The notes beneath the pieces were generated by a model that saw nothing but the letters and a program-made list of their open reading frames with translations, did not search any database and was not told where the DNA came from. The position numbers and the translations under genes are program-made. A stretch of DNA of 56,724 nucleotides, filler included, from Sphacelaria rigidula (taxonomy: Eukaryota): the NCBI GenBank assembly GCA_964200075.2. It is 7 parts of 7 records of this genome, joined end to end, with 100 filler letters (N's around TTAATTAATTAA, not from the genome) between each part and the next. Parts side by side here need not be neighbours in the genome. Positions count along the whole stretch, not along the records: positions 48,708 to 56,724 come from CAXNAA020012624.1; 6 more parts are not named here. One strand, given 5' to 3'. Positions 50,280 through 56,724 of this stretch are shown here, in pieces; within the stretch, counting starts at the first letter, position 1; each line of letters begins with the position of its first letter.

Positions 50280-50700
50280 TAGGGGAAAAAAGATCGTAAA
50301 TTGCGGTGGTCATGCGGCGAAAGTTGTGCCGTTTGTTGTATCTCGTCAAGGTATGTGGGTGAAAGGGGTAACGGCAGTGCGTAGCCTTGCTCACAGGAAC
50401 ATCAAGCTTCGGTGTATGAACGCCCCGGATATTGTGTGTGCAAACGTCGAATATTTTTCGAAACTGACATGACGCACGGCGGTGAAGAGCAGCATTCGTC
50501 ATACTCCACAGCATATCTGAGGGTACTGGACTCGACGTTCCCGCTCCAACTCGCGCGACAGCTCGACGTTGAGCTCCTTTGGGGCTAACTGTGACTCCTA
50601 TTATACCAAGGACCCTTGAGAGTTACCTGGCAAGGGGGAAACGCCCCCTTATAGACAGTACCAGAACTTCCGTTCGAGACGTCGTGAAAGTCTGACAACC
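50280..50700 (-). pseudogene. Heavily decayed, intronless protein kinase domain fragment
   Basis: 'GSSGTVYKG...QVTLK' (I-II), 'RELERERRVQYPQI..GV' (III-IV), 'PPCVM' (V), 'HPHTLTRYNKRHNF' (VIb-like) and 'AIYDLF' (VII-like) in correct order, with frameshifts. Confidence 0.4.
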
Positions 50701-51604
50701 ACAGATGTGTTGGATCTTTCATCATTCTCTTGGAATTAAGTTGGAGTAAGGCGGATGAGGGTTTCCACGTGTATATTTGGTGGTTCAGCAACTTCCACTC
50801 ACCGCGCTCTTGCAAAGTACTTTACTATCTGATGATGTGCAACTCTAGTTCCACGCCGAACATAGTCAACAGTTATGGTCGGAAAGGGGGCCGATTTTGG
50901 GTACTATATTTCGGGGAAGTCCGCCCCGACCGCTGTATGGGTAAGAACTGGATCGTAATCGTGCATATCATGACAATAAAAAATACACGCGTCACCTCGA
51001 AATAACGACCACGCTCATACAAAATGTACTATTATAGTACTTTTTTACAGGAAACATATGTACACCTGTACGCAGGGTCACAAGGAGGACAGAAACTGCT
51101 GCTCGTGTTGTTGTCGTGCTCGCCATGTTGCGGTATGTAACGCTTAGATCTCGGCAACGAAGCGGAGGATTGGACTGCGGAATTACGTGTGCTTCCCACC
51201 GACCCAAGCTAGGTCTCCAAGTCTTTATATGCGTTTGGGCGTGATACTGAGCAGCAACAAACCCAAATATATATGTAAAAAGGTGTTTTCGGCTTTTGAG
51301 GGGCTTCTCCGGCCCGCTGTCGCGACTTGAGCAAAATGTGTAACCAGATTCCCAAGCTGTTGTGTGTGTGCGGGGGGCTGTGAAGTGCCGTGGGCATGCT
51401 TGCTTCCTGTGTCGAGAACCGTGCGATCTCAAGTGCCACAGCTGTCTTATACTAAACGAAGTTAACAAGTGACGAAACGTGTGTGCTGTTCGTGAGGGCC
51501 TCGGCACAGATGCGATCACCTACTGACGTGTTCATTATCCCCCCGCGTTCATTACTCTTTTTATTGCCGGGTGGATTTTTTGTCGTAACATCACTTTGTG
51601 TGGC

Positions 51605-52091
51605 AACCAATCCGTGTATGTACAAATATGAGGATTTCAGTCCGTTTAACCCTTGGACCGCGGGGTTAGTCTTCTGTTGAAACGGCATCAGTTTCAAGTG
51701 AAAAAAGTATGCATGATACAGAAAGACTAATCTCGCGGTCCAAGGGTTGAATCCGATTTTCTCGCGTGGATTGATTTTTCGGACCCCCAGTCCGTTGGGC
51801 AATGTTTTTCGCCTATTGTAGCTCTGAGGAAACCAGATCAATTCTCCGATTCTCTGGGCGCTGGCTTTTTTCCATCACCTTTCTGCTGCAACACCTTTCT
51901 GCTCAGTCGATCTGAGCAGAAAGGTGATGGAAAAAAGCCAGCGCCCAGAGAATCGGAGAATTGATCTGCTTTCCTCAGAGCTAGGCGAAAAACATTGCCC
52001 AACGGACTGGGGGTCCGAAAAATCAATCCACGCGAGAAAACCGGATTTAAACGGACTGAAATCCTCATATTTGTACAAATACGGATTGGTT
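51605..52091. mobile_element. Near-perfect foldback MITE
   Basis: aaccaatccgt.t.tgtacaaatatgaggatttcagtccg ... cggactgaaatcctcatatttgtacaaatacggattggtt; arms almost identical; centre ~51908. Confidence 0.92.
51650..51746. mobile_element. 97-bp piggyBac-like mini-MITE (TTAA TSD)
   Basis: TTAA|CCCTTGGACCGCG...CGCGGTCCAAGGG|TTGA; the opposite arm of the host foldback keeps the empty TTAA site (~52047). Confidence 0.9.
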
Positions 52092-52429
52092 TCTATACCA
52101 AGTGGTCGAAGGCTCTCCATTCCGACCCATAACAGTACAGTACCCGTGTACACAGAGCGGCGCCCTTAGCTCTGAGAACGCAGTGCCAACTTAGCCTTTG
52201 ACTCCCGTTCGGGGGAACTGCAGGTTTAGAGTGCTAGGGGCTTGCGATCTGCGCAGTAACGTTCGTCCTTCGCCGCGCTGATTCTTCCGCAGAAGATCGA
52301 TGCCTGTTGCGCCAGTTGTTCGTGGTGGTTGTCATCATCCCTCTTCCCAGGATAGTATCTTCTCTGGGTTCAATATAATTGATACTGTGGAACATGACTA
52401 CTTCAGCTGAAGCAACATAGTCGATTTAA

Positions 52430-52527
52430 CCCCTTGGCTGTGAGGATAGTCCATCTGGATCAGGCATACTTCTTTCAAGTGATATGGAAGCGGGTTCAAC
52501 AGATTACCTATGCTGGCAGACAAAGGG
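52430..52527. mobile_element. piggyBac-like mini-MITE copy
   Basis: ttaa|ccccttgg...caaaggg|tgaa with the family core. Confidence 0.75.
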
Positions 52528-52826
52528 TGAATATCAAGGGATCAAAACCCTCCGTATAATTGAAAAGGAATAGCACTGTACAGAACAGTTATTCAACAAC
52601 ATACATTACGACGGTCGTATCGCCGCTGCAACTCACTGCAGATGATCGTGTCAACACCTGACCATGTGTATACAAGTAGCGATTGTTGACTGACAGTCCT
52701 AAACAGAACAGCCTCGTTGACTTGGTCGCATTCATAGTAGAACACAACGTCATGTACCAGTCAATGCGAAACTACAATATATCAAACAGACTTGGGGCGT
52801 AAACACAACGCACAATTCATTTTTAC

Positions 52827-52991
52827 CTCTAAGCGCCCAGTCGGCAGCACAGCCCAGGACGATAAAGCCGGAACAAAAGCTGCGGTTCGCACAAGATGCA
52901 CACACCCCAATACCAGCCCCACCAAAATGATCGGCCGGCGGGTGCCCACCGTCTTCGCTTTCAAAGTTCGGTCCTTTTCGCTTTGATACAT
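52827..52991 (-). CDS. Probable first exon of a plastid-targeted protein (signal peptide + AF motif)
   Basis: MYQSEKDRTLKAKTVGTRRPIILVGLVLGCVHLVRTAA-FVPALSSW...; hydrophobic stretch then AAFVP (ASAFAP-like); ends at GAG|GTAAAA in phase 0. Confidence 0.5.
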
Positions 52992-53593
52992 CGCCTGGAT
53001 GTTTAAGATACTCCAGATTTCAGCGGATGATCTCTGTGAGGTAGTTTCGGCACCGTGCCAAGTAGGAGAGACTGCTGTGCAGTCATGCATTCACTTTTGA
53101 TTCAACAATGTAGCGACATTCACAGTTCAACTGACAGTCCCGTTGTGCTCAGCAGTTTATGTATTGTTTTACCACCCCCACAAGAGAATATATGCATTGG
53201 GTCAAGGAGCTCGGTGAGGGAAATCATTGCAATCGCGGTGACGAAAACTAATGATAAACCTTCAACGTCACGTGATTTCAGAAAATTCGCCCAATCACCA
53301 CCATACCACAAGAAGGTGATCGATGGCGATTTGCACACAGCGCATATGTGACAGCCCCTTTGAGCGAAAGTCTTAATCCAAACTGGAGTCCCATGGAAAA
53401 TAGTATGTTGTACGCGATTTTCGGTTACACGGATAGCTCAGTATTTCCGCGGGGACGAACATGAGGAAGATCTTGCCAAACGACGGGCCTCGGGTGCGTA
53501 CTGCTGCCGATTGCTGCCACACTTCGTTCAGTTTGACCACACGAGGCACTGGCATATATATATATATATATTATAGCCTTGGGTCTATCCAAC

Positions 53594-55742
53594 ATGCACA
53601 AGCTGACGAGCGTAGAGGCGCAGCGGGTTATCGCCGTGATGGAGGTGTGTATCTTCGCTGAATGTGCGTGAACGTCCATGTGGAAACGGTGGGTTGTATG
53701 CGGTGCATCTTTTACGCAAATCGAGTGTTGGGTAAGCTGATTCCCAGCGTATGGTATACCTCGCACAGTCTCTTAGGAGTCGACTTCAGCCTTTGTAATG
53801 TCTCCATGCTGCAGGTGGGTGCAAGTGCTTAACCCCTTGACCGCGAGGGTAGAGCACCTGCTGAATCGGCACCAATTTTTCTCGAAAAAAGTGTGTGGTC
53901 CAGATGGACTACCCGCATCGCCGTGTAAGGGTTGACGGTCAGAAAACAATACCGAAAGTGGGACCTTTCATCATGTACGTGCGGGGCACAAGTTGACCGT
54001 GCCTCGTCGGAAACACAGAGTACACCTTCGTCGTTTTCACTCTTCTCCCTGAAAGGACGTCCACGATGCGAGATATGGCGTTGAGATGCTGCATACACAA
54101 TCATGACGGCATTGCGACTGAAGCGTAGTCACAGTAGTGGCGCGTACAGCTGACAACGACGTGTTCACCCGCTATCGACGTGATATATTTTCTTCTTCCG
54201 TGTACCCTGTCCGAAAAAGGATACACTGGACAAGTTAAACGTGCTGACGTACGTCCCACGAACGCCGAGGCTCGATCTCCTCGACGCCTTGGCGGCTTCA
54301 GCAAACCCAGTCAAGAGCTGTCTACAGGTGAGTTGCTTGCACTATGCATTTTGTGATGAAGTGTACGCGATCATGCTTTCTTCTGTAGCAGTTGTTGGGC
54401 GTGTTTCTGCCCATGATTGGGAGCGGTATCGATGTACTGTATCGGCCAATGCATGTCGTGCATAGAATTGCTCACTACATGCGACATTCCCGTACCAACG
54501 GATGCTAGCGCGAGCATACCGTTCGCGCGGACGAGACTCTGACGAAAAGGTCGACTATTCTTGGCGGCGTAGCTCACGTGGCCAACAAAAGTTTCGCCGA
54601 CAGGATATTTCCTTTTCTTTTTCACAACCTCTGATGCGCGCTGCACCTGGCAACGCCCATGAAATGGCACACATCCCAACAAGGGAAAATGCGTGGAAGC
54701 GAGGACGACGATCGACACTCACGCTGCCAACCGAGGATGGTACCCTATTCCTTGCCGCATTTTAATACTTCAGCCATGTTAGACGAAGGTTCAATGTGCC
54801 CCGAGCACGATTGCACACAGCATGGTCACTTCCTACCCCTGCCTTCTTGACATCCCGCCGACTTCGACAAAACAACAAAACACGCACCGATAGGCACAAT
54901 GGCACATGGAACAGCTAGCGGTGAAATCAGGAGCAATGGGGCCAGACAGTCGCGCGCGTGAAGGAGGGGCTCGTACCGGAGAGAGTGGTATGGAAGGGGG
55001 GGGACCCGACGTTTTGTTGGGCGCCCTACCCTATATCGGCGCGGACACCGGCGGTGGCGGGGGGGGTGCGGGGGGCGAGGACGGAACCGATGGAAGCGCC
55101 GGAGGCGGGGCGGCGGGGGGGGCGGGCGGAGAAGTGAGTCGCTTAAAATGTGGAAGGGTGAAAGATCGTGGGCGAATTATGTAATTTCAGGTTTTGGAGG
55201 AAATAATGAAGTCTATCGATGCTGAAGGATGCGTGCGGCATCCCAGGTGTTTTTACGGTTGGCTGGGCTCGCAATCATGGAGACGGGGTCCGCTTCATTG
55301 CTGCAAGTGGGCAGCTCTTCAAGGCTTTCCCGCGCAATAGGTAACCTCAAGGCCGAAGCACAACGTCGAACAAAATACATACTAAGACTCTGTGTGGACA
55401 TCGGCGGATGGCTTATTCCCCTGATATGTTTCGCGTAAACCTTGAACAAGCAGTATGTATTATTGTCGTCTCACACATGCACTGGCACCGCTACCCCGAA
55501 CGTCCGCCGCTTCACACAATCACAAAACAACGCAGGCATCGATAGGCGACAATCTTGAGCAGATCTATCAGTCTACAAGAATGTTGTGCCGGACTCTGAG
55601 ACGGTATCCTAACGCAATGGAAACGCTGCTGGAGTTCTCAAAGTTAGCCCCGCGACCGCAGAGTGGCATAGTATTCAACCAGTATCTCAGCGATCTTACC
55701 GGAGTGATGTACCGACGACTGAGCACCACGGTGGAGGAAGAG
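53594..55742 (+). CDS. DRC10: Dynein regulatory complex subunit 10 (IQCD/FAP84), first four exons
   Basis: Exons 53594-53644 (MHKLTSVEAQRVIAVME), 54220-54327 (DTLDKLNVLTYVP...), 54894-55133 (AQWHMEQ + Gly-rich linker) and 55536-55742 (..STRMLCRTLRRYP..FNQYLSDL..RRLSTTVEEE). All phase 0 with GT-AG introns; motifs recognised from the DRC10 family. Confidence 0.85.
53833..53931. mobile_element. piggyBac-like mini-MITE copy in DRC10 intron 1
   Basis: ttaa|ccccttgaccgcg...taaggg|ttga. Confidence 0.8.
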
Positions 55743-56208
55743 GTGAGTTGCTACGAGACCCAGGATAGCACAGCGAGGCACGTGACCCTTTTATATGCTG
55801 GTAACCGTGTCGAGGCCGGTGTATATATCATGGCTGGTGTAAACGTTTGCACGTTACGGTAGGTCGCCAAAAAAGATGCAAATACCAGTAGGGATACAAA
55901 TGGGTGTACTCTTGTTATTCTTCGCGATTGCTTAACCCCATACGCATCTTAATCGGAACCCCCCTTCGAAGATGCGTCGGTGCGATGTACCCAGCTCCTG
56001 GGGATTCACAGCCAATAGTACACGAAGAGATGATGCAGTATTCGAGGTAGAACACGTGGACTACTGTATTTTGCTTCGTTTGGGCAGTGTGCGAGTGGTA
56101 CAGTGGCTGTGGAGTACAGTTGTGTAAGGAATCACGTAGCCGCCGTACAGAGTCTAAACAGCGCGTTTTCAACGACGCAAGTCAGTATAAGACATGCTAT
56201 CAATAAAC

Positions 56209-56392
56209 GAGTCATCCTACGATAGGGGGGGGGTTATTCTGGGCCATTCGTTGCTCGAACTTTCGAGTCAGATCGTCGTTGAAAGCAGCAACGAATGGCC
56301 CAGAATAACCNNNNNNNNNNGGATGTCTGACACACTTATGAGCCTCTTTTTTCGTGCAACCAAATACCCCCCCCCCTATCGTAGGATGACTC
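56209..56392. mobile_element. Sola-like MITE (GAG...CTC ends, 4-bp TSD), contains a 10-N gap
   Basis: AAAC|gagtcatcctacgataggggggg ... cccccccctatcgtaggatgactc|AAAC; a related end is at 40591-40615. Confidence 0.75.
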
Positions 56393-56724
56393 AAACCGAC
56401 TGTGAGGCTGCTACGTCGAGGGCTGTCAATCGGAAAATCCTGTCCTCTCATATCGGTTGTCGATTGCATCCTTAGTCGGTGGCTCTGCGGTACCCACTGG
56501 TGTGTGTCTGTGTCTACTCTGTTGCCCTGAATCCCTTAGGCCTTTTATTTTTCTTTTCTTCCATCGCTTCATTGTGTTTCATTTGATTTGCTTCGCACTT
56601 TCCTCTTGTTTTCCTTTTTCTTGTTTCAGATCGGCCATTTCTTTCTGTGCTTTGCTTGTGTCGACTTTTTATTCCTTTTTTTTTTGTCACGACTTAGTCT
56701 GCTATGTCGTTCTGTTCGACCCCT

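Overview
Eukaryotic, repeat-rich, intron-containing DNA, most likely from a brown alga or related stramenopile. That assignment is inferred from an ASAFAP-type plastid signal, the flagellar gene DRC10, FNIP repeats and a tRNA-derived SINE. The window is not one locus. It is seven unrelated contigs of 8018/8017 bp (1-8018, 8119-16136, 16237-24254, 24355-32372, 32473-40490, 40591-48607, 48708-56724) joined by 100-nt N spacers carrying the TTAATTAATTAA six-frame-stop linker, so nothing can be inferred across the spacers. Almost all listed ORFs are noise; real genes had to be rebuilt by splicing. Host genes recovered: an FNIP-repeat gene (3 exons), a near-complete DHHC palmitoyltransferase (6-7 exons), the 5' part of DRC10/IQCD (4 exons), two ankyrin-repeat exons, a probable plastid-targeting first exon and two unassigned low-complexity exons. 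The rest is transposon debris: Gypsy and Copia remnants, piggyBac and Sola/DUF7869-like transposase relics, SINEs, LINE tails, a probable Helitron family and many MITEs. I found no convincing new multi-gene system. The most notable signals are (i) a DHHC enzyme that has lost all four ligands of one zinc finger while keeping all four of the other, (ii) a ~2.6-kb MITE-bounded inversion shown by a reverse-complemented 8-bp TSD and two repairable reading frames, (iii) all-phase-0 FNIP repeat exons, and (iv) a TA-tract-associated Helitron-like family with a 180-bp minimal copy.
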